Made by a program: the position numbers and the translations under genes. The notes beneath the pieces are model-generated. The model did not search any database and was not told where the DNA came from. It saw only the letters and a list, made by a program, of their open reading frames with translations. From Antechinus flavipes (taxonomy: Eukaryota), in NCBI RefSeq assembly GCF_016432865.1, contig NC_067401.1:191146001-191210000 (forward strand): a stretch of DNA of 64,000 nt. Direction: 5' to 3'. How positions within the stretch are numbered: the first letter of the stretch is position 1; each line of letters starts with the position of its first letter. Below, piece by piece: positions 25,380 through 39,733 of this stretch.

Positions 25380-28300
25380 TCACTGGTATTTTATTTTTTC
25401 CAATTGCACCTAAAAGTAATTTTCAACATTCATTTTTGTAAGATTTTGAGTTTCAAATTTTTCTCCCTCATCCCTCCTCCCTTCCCAAGATAGCAAGCAA
25501 TCTAATATAGGTTATACATGTATAATAATCATATTAGACATATTTCTGCGTTAAGCATGTTGGGAAAGAAATATCAGAACAAAAGGGGAAAACCCCAAGA
25601 AAGAAAAACCCCAAAGTGAAAATAGTATACTTTAAAATGCATTCAGAGTTTATATTTTTTTTCCTCTGGATGTGGATAGCATTCTCCATCCTGAATCTTT
25701 TTGATCTCTGTGTTATTGACAAGAGCTAAATCAATCATAGTTGATCATCACATAATGTTACTGTTACTGTATACAATGTTCTCTTGGTCCTGCTCACTTC
25801 ACCCAGCATCAGTTTTCATTAAGTCTTTCCAGGTTTTTCTGAAATCCACCTACTCATCTTTTTTTATATCACATTAGTATTCCACTACATTCCATACAAC
25901 TTGTTTAGCCATTCCTCAATTGATAGGCATCCCCACAATTTTCTATTTTTGAGAACCCAGTTTTTTGTTACTACAAAAAAGGGTTACTATAGCTATTGTT
26001 CCATCTATAGGGAGTACTCTTAGAATATCAAAATATGTTACCCAATACTTTAGGTTTTTACCTTCTGGAAGAACATAAGATATTGCCAGGAATGGGTTGC
26101 ACAATACCCCAAGCAAGAAGTGTACTTTACACTGAGGAAAGGTGAATTTAGTTTACCAATCATTTAAATAAATGCTTACTATAAAGAAAGCAATAAATTA
26201 AGTGTTGGGCAAACAAAGATAAAAATAGAGGAGAAACAAGAAATCTGTATTTTACATCAATGATAGAACCTGGGTAAATGTCTCTCTTTGCTTCTGTTTC
26301 TCTGGTAATTTATTTTTAGAACTTCAAATCCACTTTGTAATGGCATTATTTACAATAAATTTTGCCCCTTGACTAGGAGATGGGTTCAAGCCTGCAAATT
26401 CTTTTGAGATACCTTGTGACACCAGTCTGTGACCCAAAACTTTTGGGATTCCCTCTTCCCCATTTCAACACTTTCATTCTTTCATTTGCTTTTTCTAAGA
26501 GATTTGCCTTTATGTATTTAAGTTTTCCTATTATGGCAATAAACTATACCATATATTGTCTTAAAACTTCTTTTAGGAGGAGCTAGATAGTGGAATGGAT
26601 AGAACACTGGCCCTGGAATCAGAAAAACCTGAGTTCAAAAGTGACCTCAGACACTTAATACTTACTGTGTGATTTCAGGTAAATCACTTAATCCCAATTG
26701 CCTTGAAAACCCACCCTCCCCCCAAAAAAATCTTTAAGATTTTGTTTTTTCTTTCAAATTATTCAGGACCATCCTATTATTGTTCTATATCCTCCTGGGA
26801 ATCCACAGGGTTCTGTGTTTCATCAGGTATTGGTTGAATTTCCTTTGTCTTGCATTATATTTTGTAAAGACATTTGCTGTCTTTTAGATGCTACAGTTAC
26901 CATCTTCTCTTCCAATTTTTGTAGCACAGTTGTTGATCAATCTGCTTGTGCTTTAAATTGTTAACTAAATTTTCTTCCACTTAAAATCTTTAGTACTCTC
27001 TCCCTCCTCCCCCTCCCTTGAAATCCCCCTATTGTTTACTCTTTGATTCTTTTTATGTTAATAGTAAATTTACTCGTGGAACTTTACTTCAAAGTTATCC
27101 TAACTTCCTCTCACTTTGAGGAATTCATTTTTGACTGGCTTCATTCCCAATCCTAGGCAATTTGTAGAAGAACAGAACTGGTACGACTTAGACATCCTTT
27201 ACTCCAGATCTTGTGCAAACTTAAATGTTAGAATCATGCCCCATTTCCCTTTGTTCTTTAGCCCTCTGGCTGAGCAATACCACCACAGTTCTATCCCTCT
27301 GTATCACCCCCTATATTGCAAGTGATGAACAGATTTAAAATCCACAGTTTGTTGCCACAGAATGGTGGAATTAGAGCAGAAACAAGTATTCTTACAAAGA
27401 TTCAAGCATCAGCAGGGAAATTTGAGTGAGTCCTAGAACACAAATTGGTGTGTTGAGTCAGGTGTTCAGATAAAAAATAGAAGCTAATATAGAGAAAAAG
27501 TTGATTGAATGAGCAATTTAGGAATTAACATTCCCCACCGTTAATTCATAAGACTATTACTTTCTTAGACTTCTACAATAACTCCTAAAGCCAGACACAA
27601 TTGCTCTAGTTCTGACACATACTTTCTCTTTTGAGGGGAAGGATTGAGAGTTAATAAAGATTAGAGAAAATGTCTCCCTCATATTTGAAGTACATTTATA
27701 TTTATAGTGTGAGTTCTTGGTCTATTCCAATTTTTGTGTAACTATATTCCAGTTTTCTCAGCATTTTAAAAAATTGAGTGCTTATCATAGTAGCTTAAGT
27801 CTCTGGATTTATCAAAAACTTTGCTACTATTGGCTTCTGTATGATATGTACCTAATCTGTTCTACTGATCAACTACTTTAATTTTTTTTTAACCACTACC
27901 AAAGAATTTTGGTGATTTATGTTTTGTATTAGAATTTGAGTTTTGGTGCTGCGAGTTTTCCTTCTTTATCACTTTTTAAAATTATTTCCCTTCAAATAAC
28001 TGACCTTTTGTTCCTCCAGTTGAATTTATTTTTTCCCTAACTTTATCCAATAATTCTTTGATATTTTAATAGTTGAAAGATTAAATAAGTAAATTAATTT
28101 CAATAGGCATTGTTATTATATTGGCCTTACCTAGTAATGAGTAATTAATATTTCTCCAATTATTCTGTTCCTTTCCTATTTCTTTAAAAAGTGTCTTATG
28201 GTTGTGTTCATATAGTTCCTGTAAATCTTGATAGAGACCCCAAAATATATTTTATTTGTTTTAATAATAGCTTTCTATTTTCAAAATACTTGCAAAGTAT

Positions 28301-28740
28301 TTTTTGACTTGTCATTTCATAGTTTTTTATTTACAAGTTATATGTATGAGTAATTTACAACATTGACAATTGCCAAACCTTTTGTTCCAATTTTTCCCCT
28401 CCTTCCCCCCACCCCCTCCCCTAAATGGCAGGATGACCAGTAGATGTTAAATATATTAAAGTATAAATTAGATACATAATAAGTATACATGACCAAACTG
28501 TTATTTTGCTGTACAAAAAGAATCAGACTCTGAAATATTGTACAATTAGCCTCTGAAGGAAATCGAAAATGCAGGCAGGCAAAAATATAGGGATTGGGAA
28601 TTCAATGTAATGGTTTTTAGTCCTCTCCCAGAGTTTGCAAAGATAGTTTTCAATATTCACCTTTGCAAAACCTTGTGTTCCAAATTTTTCTCCCTCCCTT
28701 CCTGCCATTTCCCTTCCCTAGATACCAAGTAATCCAATAT
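25380..28740 (-). mobile_element. Interleaved old L1 fragments with a WSINE1-like SINE at 26576-26704 (+)
   Basis: Antisense L1 3' UTR and ORF2 motifs. The SINE has the GGCAGCTAG...CCTGAGTTCAAA...CCCAATTGCCT layout. Boundaries approximate. Confidence 0.6.
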
Positions 28741-28755
28741 AGATTATAAAATATC

Positions 28756-29175
28756 TGTTTCCTTGCCTTAGTTTCCCTGAATTGTTTTGCCTCAGTTTCC
28801 CTGGTGGCCATCCCCCAACCCCTTCCTGGCCATTAGGACTGAGAGAATTAGAGTTTCTGAAGCTCTGGCCACTCTCACATTCCAGTGAGTCATAAAACTC
28901 CAGATGGCTTATTTCAAATGCCTGGTTATCTTCTGCCTCAGACTCCTGTTTCTTGCTCTACCATCTTCTTGACCCCCAACCTGTCAGAATTAAAATTTTA
29001 TGGTCCTTTCCTGGAATTTCCACTCACCCAGTGCTCTACTCCCCCTTACCTTTGTTTCCCTGATAGCTGGAGCCCTATAAAAGTCTCTGGAATTACTTGC
29101 TGATTGCTGGATGCTCTGAGACAAGAGTCCCATCCAGCCAACTAGTCTGGCTTTGCTAGTCCAAATTCTCCATTA
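28756..29175 (+). mobile_element. Probable solo LTR, interrupted at its 3' end by an L1
   Basis: Starts with TG and has a TATA box CTATAAAA (~29075). No TSD found. Confidence 0.4.
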
Positions 29176-29645
29176 TTAATTTTTTTTTTAATTTTTTTAT
29201 TTAATAATTACATTATATTTACACTCATTTCTGTTCCGATTTTTTTTTTCCCCTCCCTCCCTCCACCCCCTCCCCTAGATGGCAAGCAGTCCTTTATATG
29301 TTGGATATGTTGCAGTATATCCTAGATACAATATATGTTTGCAGAACCGAACAGTTCTCTTGTTGCGTAGGGAGAATTGGATTCAGAAGGTATAAATAAT
29401 CCGGGAAGAGAAACAAAAATGCAGATAGTTCACATTCGTTTCCCAGTGTTCTTTCTTTGGGTGTAGCTGCTTTTGTCCGTCATTTATCAATTGAAACTCA
29501 GGTCTCTTTGTCAAAGAAATCCACTTCCATCAAAATATGTCCTCATACAATATCGTTGTCGAAGTGTATAATGATCTCCTGGTTCTGCTCATTTCACTCA
29601 GCATCAGTTCATGTAAGTCTCGCCAGTCCTCTCTGTATTCATCTC
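29176..29645 (-). mobile_element. Young 5'-truncated L1 3' end
   Basis: Near-identical, in reverse complement, to the 3' part of the L1 at 59893-60556 (both give the MGVAAFVRHLSIETQVSLSKK antisense ORF). T-rich tail at the left end. Confidence 0.85.
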
Positions 29646-31778
29646 TAGGCTTTTCTGAAATCATCCTGCTGGTTGTTTCTTATAGAACAATAATATTCCA
29701 TTTTATTCATATACTATAACTTATACATACCCAGAGCATATATATATGTGTGTGTGTGTGTGCATGTACACACACGTATACACACATCTCTACATACATG
29801 TACATGTGTATGTACACATAGATCAGGATTTGATATAATTTCATGTATAAATTGTGTATCTATCTATCTAAATATATATATATATATAATTTGAAATTAC
29901 ATAATTGACCTATTTTATATTACTTGCCTTTTTGCTAAGTGAAGAATCACTAGTAATTACTTGGATATTGGAGAAATGATGTTCACTGGGAGGTCAGATC
30001 TTCATTAAAGATTATCAGTTGGCAGGCATCTTGCTCACATATTGTGATGAGAAAGAGATTGCTGCAGACTATTTGGGAAGAATATAAAGTATTGGGCAAA
30101 AGAAAGAAGAGGAATCAGATGCAGTATTTTACTGTGTTAGCTGCCTGAATCTCAAAGTTTTTCTTTCTTAGTACCTCAAAGAGAAAACTAATAAGGAGAA
30201 ATTAGTAATATCCTCTCCCTTCTTGCCAACTGTTGTCCAGGAACTGATGAGTGAGTTAAAACTCTCATTGTCATCAGGATGGATGGAAGAAGGTGTAGAG
30301 ATCCTACAGAGAGTCACTCTCCCCAGAAATCAGGGACTCAGTGATAACCTTCTTTGGAAGAGGAAATTATCTACTGGTACTACAGACTGCTCTACACTGC
30401 TGTAGACTGAACAGTGGGGCAGAGGCTCTCTGATCATCTATGGTTATTTTCACTATGACATGACCAATTGGCTAAAGAGGAAGTCTTTGCTGGCTGCGTA
30501 GAACATGCCACAATCATGCTAGGGACCCAATGTAAAACAAAAACAAGTATTAGGAAGCTCAGAGGACTTGCTGCGTTAGACATTATTGAGACATGAAAAA
30601 CAAAACATCTTGAGAACATGGGGCTTTAATGTTCGTGATATTGACTACTCATTGTGTTCGTTCCAGGAGTACCAAAGATCCCTATGTGAAATTCCTCTCT
30701 CCCAATGGGATAAATATGTATCCTCTGACTTTATTTTAATATTGGAGAAACTGATGCTGAAAGTCAAAATCAGGAGTATGGTATCCTGTAGGAACAGCAT
30801 AAATGACAGTAAGCTGACTCAAGTGCTAGGGATATTGTATATAATTATCAGAAGACCTAGAGCTGGAAGAGATCTCAGAAACCATCTGGTCCAATCCTTT
30901 TATTTGACAAATGAGGAAACTGAAGCCCATAAAAATTAAGAGACTTTCCCAAGAGCCCAAATATTAACAGATGGTTTTTGAGCCAAGGTCCTGACTCCTA
31001 AGCCAGCACTTTAGTCCTGTGGCACTGTTTAGCCTTCCAAATTCAGAACCCTTTCCACCACACTATCCTGCTTTCTTTAGTGTGTCTATGCTTGGCCAGT
31101 GGGAAAAACACAAACTCATTTACTTAAAACATCCAATCAATCCTGAAAGTAGAGAAAGAGCATTTTAGACAACAACAATAACAAAAATACTGAGACCAAA
31201 GCAGAGTTTTATCTTGCTCACAAAGCACAAGCCTTCTGTTTGCTAGACCAGTGCCTGGTCATTTCTTCCAGGGGTCATCTAACCATCATAGAGATCCACA
31301 CAGTTAAGAGTCAGACAAAAGGATTTTGCTGGGGTTTTTCCCCCTACAGTTGTGAATTGGAAGGGCATGTGAATGAAATGTATATACTATTGCATATGTA
31401 CTCACACCAACCCATTTTCAGTTCTCCTTTACATTTCATCTTCTTTCCATTGAAATATAAACAGGCAAGTACTTTCTTGCTTGATTGTTTATCTGTCTTC
31501 AGTACTTAGCACAATCCCTGGCATACAATAAGTGTTTAATAAATGCTGTTTGTCTTTATCTGGGTCTCTCTCTCTTTAGTACAGTCATTCATCCACAAAT
31601 CTAATTTCCACACAGCCAATTTTATCTGCTTGAGGAAGCAGAGATGGGGGTAAGAAAGGTGCCACTTGTGGTCTTGCACTTTTTAGCCACTAGGAACAAG
31701 TTCTGAGAGCTTGTCTGATCATTTTTATTTTTATTATTTTTATTTTTGTTGTTGTTGTTTTTTGTTTTTGTTTTTGGC

Positions 31779-31899
31779 TGAGGCAATTGGAGTTAAGTAA
31801 CTTGGTCACACAGCTAGGAAATGTTAAGTGTCTGAGGTCACATTTGAACTCAGGTCCTCTTGAATTCAGGGCTCATGCTCACTGTGCCACCGAGCTGCC
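31779..31899 (-). mobile_element. WSINE1-like tRNA-derived SINE (other copies 35891-36012 -, 40743-40878 +, 42040-42172 -, 57731-57861 +)
   Basis: Consensus-like GGCAGCTAGGTGGC...GGACCTGAGTTCAAA...CAGACACTTAACA...GTGACTTAACCCCAATTGCCTC. Confidence 0.8.
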
Positions 31900-33667
31900 A
31901 CTTGTCTGATCCTTTTTGAGACAACTAGCAGCATGAACAAGATAAAAAGAATCTTATTTGTATTTGTGACTTCTTCCTAGTCTCATTTGGATTTCCAGCG
32001 TTTGGAGAGAAAAGAATCTTGGAAATGGAGCACATGGTGGAAGCACGGAACCTTAAGCAAAAGGGCTGAGGATACTGGAGTAACTGGGACCTGTCCTGGG
32101 CAGATCATTTCTACCCAGAATTTTCGAGTACTAGGAACACTTAAAGAATCTCATTCATTATCTAATTAGAAGATTTCTCCCTACATGTCATTGTTCCTAA
32201 GAGAAAAGGAGCATTTTCTCCCATTTATTTAGGAGCTAGTTTTTGCTTGCCTGAAAAATTTTATTTCTATGAAACTCAGAAAAGAAGTGACTATAAAGAG
32301 GAGAACCATTAACAATGAGCGTAACAATGACTAATTATTTCCTCATAGGTGGAGGAAAGATTATCCATTTCCCTTTTCATTTTCGTCTAGATAAAATAAA
32401 GTTGCAGTGATTCCATGCTGAATGACTAAATCTATTAACAGGGAAAGATATAGATAGAATTCACAAATTCAAGGGCATAGGAATAGATCCAAAAAATACA
32501 CTTATGTTATACATTTTAATATTTGATCTTCAGTTTTAAGACTGAGAAGAAGGGAAAACTGGCAAAGGCACCCTATTGAAGATGGAAAAACCTTAAGAAT
32601 TTTGCAGAAGGAGGCTGGCTGAGCTTTGAGCACTTTCTAGTGGCCAACAAGCATGTTTAAAAAAACAAAAACCTTATCCTCCCCACTATCTAGGGTGAGA
32701 CTATCCCTCTCACCCCTATTTTCTTTCCCCTTCACATTTCATTTCTCCAGTCTTAAGAGAAATAACTATAGTATATTGGAGTCCAGCTCCTGTACTGATT
32801 TAAGGTTGTGAAAACATTCCGGGACTAGGCAGAGAAGTTCGAATTATGAACTCTTCAAAGTTTATTGATCAGAGAGACAAATATACATATATACTCATAG
32901 TCTTTGAAGTTCCTATAGTTTTCTCTAACAAACAAAATCTACTAAACTGTAAATGATTAAGCCCCAGAACTTGGTTACTTTTTTACTTAAACAGAGATGC
33001 AAATAGTTGAGATACATCAGTGTAAAGTTTATCATACCATTATCTCAAGTATCTTTTTCCCAAATGCCTTTAGTCTCTATTATGGACTGTTTTTCCTGTA
33101 CTAAATTCAAAGGTTTGCCTTTAATCCAAAAAGTCATATTTGCATTTTGCTTCAGTCGCCAGATTATTAATTTATTATATTGACAAGCTGTCTCTGCTAT
33201 TTCACTAAGAAAAGGGAGTTTTGATGAGCCAAATTACTGTAAGATTCAAGACCTGGAATGAATTCTTATCTCCTGGCCCTCTACAATAGTAGAACTACAC
33301 TTTATGTACAATACAGATAATTGGATTCTTTGCCTAAGTGACACCAGGCAATATTTCAGTTAAAAATTATTCATGTTTATCACATTACTGAGAATTGAAG
33401 AATCAATGTTTTCTGCTATTTTAAACAGTGACTCTGCAGTAACAACTATGTTCCAGATATTTTAGGAATAATAGATTCAGAGAAGTTCAAATTTGGAGAT
33501 TTTCTCAGTGCTTGAAAAGTAGAAGAATTATTTGAAAAAGAAACTCAGCTTAAGGACCAATGTGTCTTTCTGCATCCCTTCTAATTTTGGTTGTAGTGGC
33601 TTTCTTCTTCCTTTCTTTCCTTCCTTCCCCAAACAGCAAGCAAATCTGCTATGTGCAATCAAATTTC

Positions 33668-34262
33668 TGTTGGAATCCTTACTAACTGCTAAGTAATTAG
33701 AGTTGATCTAATCTTACAAGAAGTTGTTTTGGCCAGAACTTGAAACAAGGTACTAAGTAGAACTAATCAAGACAAGGCTTGTGTTCCCACCTTTACTCAT
33801 TGGAGTCCACAAGTATGCTAGCTTCACAAAGTACACTTTCTAACTTCAAGGGAGTCCACACCTTAAAGCTCTTTGGGCCAGAGAGCACTATGGGAGAAAA
33901 CCCATAATCCCATTCTCTCAGAAGTTTCAGATATAAGGCGAGACAGCCATTCCAGAATACACTTTTTCCTCTTGGCTGGCTGATCGCACTGGACTCGAGA
34001 GGAACGACTCTGGTGCAGAGAACACTTTTGACGGATTTCAGGGGAGCTACGCCAGAAGCCCTCTCTCCGCGGCAAGTTGGTGGCTGGGCTCCCCAGAGGG
34101 AGATAAGAGAGACTTTCCATCTCTGTCTTGGTTGGAGGCAGAAGAAAGCAGAGGCAGAGGCTGAAGGACAGAATCTTTGGATTTGGAGACATCCAAAGGG
34201 CTCCAAGCCTCTAAACCGGCTGTGCTCTGAGAAGAACAAACTCCAACATTTGAACTCTAACA
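33668..34262 (+). mobile_element. Solo LTR (595 bp) related to the betaretroviral LTR at 53020/55657
   Basis: TG...CA ends, flanked by AATTTC / TATTTC (6-bp TSD, one mismatch). The first ~130 bp and the GCAGAGGCAGAGGCTGAAGGA block match the reverse complement of the provirus LTR. Confidence 0.88.
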
Positions 34263-34269
34263 TATTTCC

Positions 34270-37070
34270 ATATTTATTACAATGTGTAAAGAAAAAATCA
34301 GACCAAAAGGAAAAAAAGAAAGAGAAAAATAAAACAGAAAAAAAAAAAAAACCCAAAAGGTGAAAATGCTATGCTTTGTTCTACATTCAGTCTCTATAGT
34401 TCTCTCTTTGGATGCCAATAACATTTTCCACCCCAAGTCTATTGAATTGTCTCGAGTTGAATTGAATTGCAATGTTGAGAAGAGTCACAGCCATCACAGC
34501 TGATCATCACACAATCTTGTTACTGTGTATAATGTTCTTTTGGTTCTGCTCACTTCACTCAGCATCAATTCATGTAGGTCTTTCCAGGCTTTTGTGAAAT
34601 GCTTATCATTTCTCACAGAACAGTAATATTCCATTATATTCATATACCATAACTTACTCAGCCATTTCCCTACCAAACATTTTTGTGCAAAACCTTTTTA
34701 ATTGTCGAAATCTTACATTTCATAATGTTCTTTATCTCCTGTTTGGTCATAAATTCTTTCCTTCTATATAGATCTGACAGGTAAACTTTTCCTTGCTCTC
34801 CTAATTTGCTTTATGTCTAAATCATGTACCTATTTTGACATTATCTTGGTATATGGTGTGAAATGTCAGTCTATGCCTATTTTCTGCTACACTGCTTTCC
34901 AGTTCCTCAGCAGTTTTTGTTGAAAAGTGAGTTCTTATCCCAGAAGCTGAAGTCTTGGAACTTATCAAACAGTGTAATCGATTCCACTGATCTACCAAAC
35001 TATTTCTTAATCAGAACCAACTAGTTTTGAAGATTGCTGTCTTATAATATAGTTTTATAGAAGGCTAGGCCACCTTCTTTTGCAGTTTTTTTCCCATTGA
35101 TTCGCTTGACATTCTTGATCTTTTGTTCTTCCCAGTGAATCTTATTATTATTCTAGCTCTAGTGTTTCTAATAGGAACTGGATATGGGAGTTGTATAGGA
35201 ATGGGTGCTGTATTTTGTCAAGGATTTTTTCTTCATCTATTGCTATAATCATATGATTTCTGTTGGTTTTGTTAATGATATGATTCATTATGCTGATAAT
35301 TTTTCTAATACTGAACCAGTCCTAAATGCTGGTATAAATCCCATCTGCTCATAATGCATTATTCTAGTGATAAATCATTATAATCACTTTGCTAATATTT
35401 TATTCAATTTTTTTGCATCAATATTCATTAGGGAAATAGGATCTGTAATTTTCTTCTGATTTGACCCTTTAGCATGCCATGAAAAGATTCTTTAATAGTA
35501 CTGGAATATTTTATATAATAATTTATATAGTTTTGGAATTAGTTGTTCTTTAAATGTTTGGTAGAATTCACTTGTAAATGCATCTGGCCCTAGAGATTTT
35601 TTCTTAGAGAATTCAATGATGGTTCATTTACTTTCTTTTTCTAAAATGTGACTGTTGAAGTATTTTATTCCCTCTTCTGTTAATGTGAGAAATTTATTTT
35701 ATATATAAATTATATATAATTTGTTTTAATTAGACCATCGGATTTATTGGCATACAGTAAAGCAAACAAAATAGTTCCTAAATATTGCTTTAATTTCCTC
35801 TTCATTAGTGGTGGTTTCACCCTTTTCATTTTTGATATTGGTAATTTGGTTTTCTTCTGGGTCCCACCCCCCTACACACGTCCCTCCCCCAGAGGCAATT
35901 GGGGTTAAGTGACTTGCCCAGAGTCACACAGCTAGGAAGTGTTTAAGTGTCTGAGACCAGGTCCTCCTGACTTCAGAGCTCATGCTCTATCTATTGCACC
36001 ACCTAGCTGCCCCTTTCTTCTGTTTTAAATCAAATTAACCAACCATTTATCTATTTTGTTGATTTTTTTTTCCATAAAACCAGCTCTTAGTTATTTTATT
36101 AGTAAAATTGTTTTGTTTTGTTTTTTACTTTCAGTTTCATTAATCTGTCTCCTTTGATTTTTTGAATTTGATATTTAATTGTGGATTTTAAATTTTTCCT
36201 AGCTTTTAAAATTTCATGCCCAATTCACTGATCTCCTCTTTATTTTATTCATATAAGCATTTAAAGATATAAAATTTTCCCTAGTAACTTATTTGGCTGC
36301 ATCTTTCTCATAAGTTTTGGTTGTTATCTCATTATTGTCCTTTTCCTGGATGAAATTGTTGATTGTTTTTATGATTTGTTATTTGACTCACTCATATTTT
36401 AGGATTAGATTACTCAAATGCCAATTGATTTTTAGTCTATCTTTATTGAATGTAATTTTTATTGCATCATATCTGAAAAGAATTGGATTTAATATTTCGG
36501 CCTTTCTGCATTTAATTATGAAATTTTTATATATTAATACATGGTCAGTTTTTGTGTTGGTGCCGTGTACTACTGAGAAAAAAAATTATATTCCTTTCTA
36601 TCCCCATCCAATTTTCTTCAGAGATATATCATACTTAACGTTTCTAAAATTCTATTCATCTCCTTAACTTCTTTTTTGTTTATTTTGTGGTTAGATTTAT
36701 CTAATTCTGAGAAGGAAAGGTTAGCAAATGGTCAGGCTGTGCATCTAACTCAAAATATGTTTTTATTGGTGCCCTACAAGGAACAACTCAGAAAATTTCA
36801 TATGAAGTAACTTTAGCATCATTTTACTGAGGTGTCCCCCACTAATATAGTTTTATTATTTCTTCCTATAACTGACTTAACTTCTCTAAGAGTTTGGATT
36901 TAAAAAAAAAAAAGAGTTTGGATGTTATACCACTTGTGTATATATGTTTGATATCAATATTTTTTTCATTATCTATGGTACCTTTTAGTAAGATGTAGTT
37001 TTCTTCCTTATCTCTTTTAATTAGATCTATTTTTTATTTTTGCTTTGAAGTATGACATATTTATTTACTT
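34270..37070 (-). mobile_element. Degraded L1 ORF2/3' region
   Basis: Antisense ORFs such as MVGKWLSKLWYMNIMEYYCSVRND and EN-domain-like text mirrored by 63685-63894. Confidence 0.75.
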
Positions 37071-38759
37071 CAGCTGGAGCACTTTAAATCCTGCCATCTC
37101 CTCCCTGACGTCTCTCAATCAGAAGAGATTGTCCATAATTGTGAGGAAGTTATAGACTCTGTCCACTCCAGCAGATCTGACTTAAAGGACACCCCCCTTG
37201 AGAACGCCGATGGGGAGTGGGTCACAGATGGGTCGAGCTTTCTCGAGAATGGGGAGAGAAAGGCCGGCTATGCTGTGGTGTCCCTTCACAGCACCCTGAA
37301 GGCCAAGCCATTGCCTCCTGGTCCTCTGCACCGAAATCGGAGCTCATTGTATTAACCAGAGTGTTAGAACTTGGGAAGGGGATGAGAGGCAACATCTACA
37401 CTGAATCCAAATATGCTTTCTATATTTTACATGCTCATGGAGCAATTTGGAAAGAAAGGGGCTTGTTGACAGCAAAAAACTCTCCCATTAAACATGCGGG
37501 AGAAATTATGCACCTATTGCACGCTGTCCGTGAACCCAGAAAGGTCTCGGTCATATTCTGTAACGGGCACCAAAGGGGGGATTCATTTCAGGCCAACGGA
37601 AACAGGCTGGCAGACCTTGCTGCTAAGTCTGCTGCCCTTTCACCACTGACTGTGTCTCCTTTAATTCCCTAACTGCCCGAGTCTTTTGTTCCTTCCTAAA
37701 CAGCTCTAGCAAAGGAACGGGGGTTCACCCTTTCTCCCTCCGGTTGGTTTCAAACGCCCTCAGACACTTCTTAATTCCGGAGGCAAGTCAGTGGAAACTT
37801 GATCTCTGGTCTCCACCAGGCCACGCACCTGGGGAGAAATGCTCTCCATTCCCTGGGGAAACGCATTCTCATGGACCACAAGCTGGGGGAAACATTCAAA
37901 CAGGTGTGCCAGGCCTGCCCAGTCTGTGCCCAGGTAAATCCCGAGGGAGCTGTTAAGCCCCCACCTCTCCCGAAGCCAGTCCCGAGGGGAGGCACGTGCC
38001 CTGGCGAGGATTGGCAGCTAGACTTCCCCCACATCCCCCCTTGTAGAGATTTTAAGTTGCTTTTGGTATTTGTTGCTACTAACCTCCCAACTGATAGAAT
38101 GCTTTGCGACTACATTCATCCATGGGGCCGAGCAACCAGGAGACTGCTTCAGAATCTAACCTCAGGTACCGTCTGTGCACCTAAGGGATATGCCTCCCTC
38201 TGCAAAGTAAGTTCCCCATTCCCCTCCAGCACCTCTCAGAGGCCTATTAAGAGAAATGCCTCTGATTGGAACCCACTCCCACCTGTGACTCTCTCCACCC
38301 AGTGCTTGACGCCCTTCAAACACTATGGGTCTTGCATCTTGGGCCACTTGATTACCCCTTTCACTGTATACAATGCCAGTGCCCCAGATGCAGCCCCAAC
38401 TCCTCTGAGGAGACATAAGCGGGGATTCTGGGAGAACACTCTGTGGTACTTGAAGAAAGGGGCTGGGATGCTATTTCCTTGGGTTGGATATTTAGAACAT
38501 GAAAGTGTTCTCTCCAACCTGACAGCCACAGTCCACCAATTTGCCAATGAGCCAATAAACAGCTCATTCATTGAGGGAGATTCAGGAATCTCTTGACTCG
38601 TTGGCTAATATGGTTTTGGATAATCGCATGGTTTAGATTATCTTCTAGCCTCCAGCGGAGGTGTCTGTGCTCTGGTAAACACCTCTTGCTGCATGTACAT
38701 TAACAACTCAAGGAAAGTTGAGCTGCGCACAGAGAGAATCTTACAGAAGGCTGCCTGGA

Positions 38760-38958
38760 ATATACTGCAACATATCTAACATGTATAGGACTGCTTGCCA
38801 TCTAGGGGAGGGGGTGGAGGCAGGGAGGGGAAAAATCGGAACAGAAACGAGTGCAAGGGATAATGTTGTAAAAAAAAATTACCCTGGCATGGGTTCTGTC
38901 AATATAAAGTTATTATAAAATAAAATAAAATATTAAAAAAAAAGAAAGAAAGAAAGAA
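38760..38958 (+). mobile_element. Young L1 3'-tail insertion into the ERV1 env with a 15-bp TSD
   Basis: TSD AGAAGGCTGCCTGGA at 38745-38759 and 38959-38973, with an A/(GAAA)n tail. Confidence 0.88.
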
Positions 38959-39352
38959 AGAAGGCTGCCTGGATGCAAGATATCCATGAGCAGTTTCTCA
39001 CCCTCCAAGTCCTCTTCTGAATGGGATTCCTGGACATGGTCCCTACTGGCCCCTATACAAACCCCTCTTCTGATTATTATCATTCTGCTCATATTCGGTC
39101 CTTGCATTTTCAGATTGCTCATGAGATTTGTTTCTTCTAGGCTACAAGCTACAAACTTCCAACTTCTCCTGCGACCCGGGAACCCTGAAATAACTGATAG
39201 GCAAACTCTGCATCCACTGGACACTGGCTACCACTTTCAGATCTTGCTTCTCTCCCCCAAGCACCACTTCCCCTTCTTCCCCCCTTTAGGTTGAGCTCTA
39301 CGACCATTTCCAGCAGGAAGTAGATACAGAAGATTTGAGACGACCCTTTTCC

Positions 39353-39733
39353 TTTATTTTTTATTTTATTTATTTATTTAATCATTTTAAAAAATATTTT
39401 ATTTTATTTAATAATAACTTTATATTGACAGAATCCATGCCAGGGTAATTTTTTTACAACATTATCCCTTGCACTCGCTTCTGTTCCGATTTTTCCCCTC
39501 CCTCCCTCCACCCCCTCCCCTAGATGGCAAGCATTTCTGTATATGTTAGATATGTTGCAGTATATCCTAGATACAATATATGTTTGCAGAACTGAACAGT
39601 TCTCTTGTTGCACAAGGAGAATTGGATTCAGAAGGTAAAAATAACCCGGGAAGAAAAACAAAAATGCAAATAGTTCACATTCATTTCCCAGTGTTCTTTC
39701 CTTGAGTATAGCTGCTTCTGTCCATCACCGCCA
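39353..39733 (-). mobile_element. Young L1 3' UTR insertion between env and the 3' LTR
   Basis: Related to the L1s at 29176 and 59893. Flanked by ACCCTTTTCC on both sides (~39343-39352 and ~39734-39743). Confidence 0.8.

Noticed and set aside
30223-30619. Fragments resembling Ig (IYWYYR) or SDR/cofilin (MFYAASKD) motifs
   Set aside because: Isolated short words flanked by stops, with no exon structure.
38085-39330. ERV1 env as a possible captured syncytin-like gene
   Set aside because: Lacks the signal peptide and most of SU, and has stops, frameshifts and an L1 insertion in TM.
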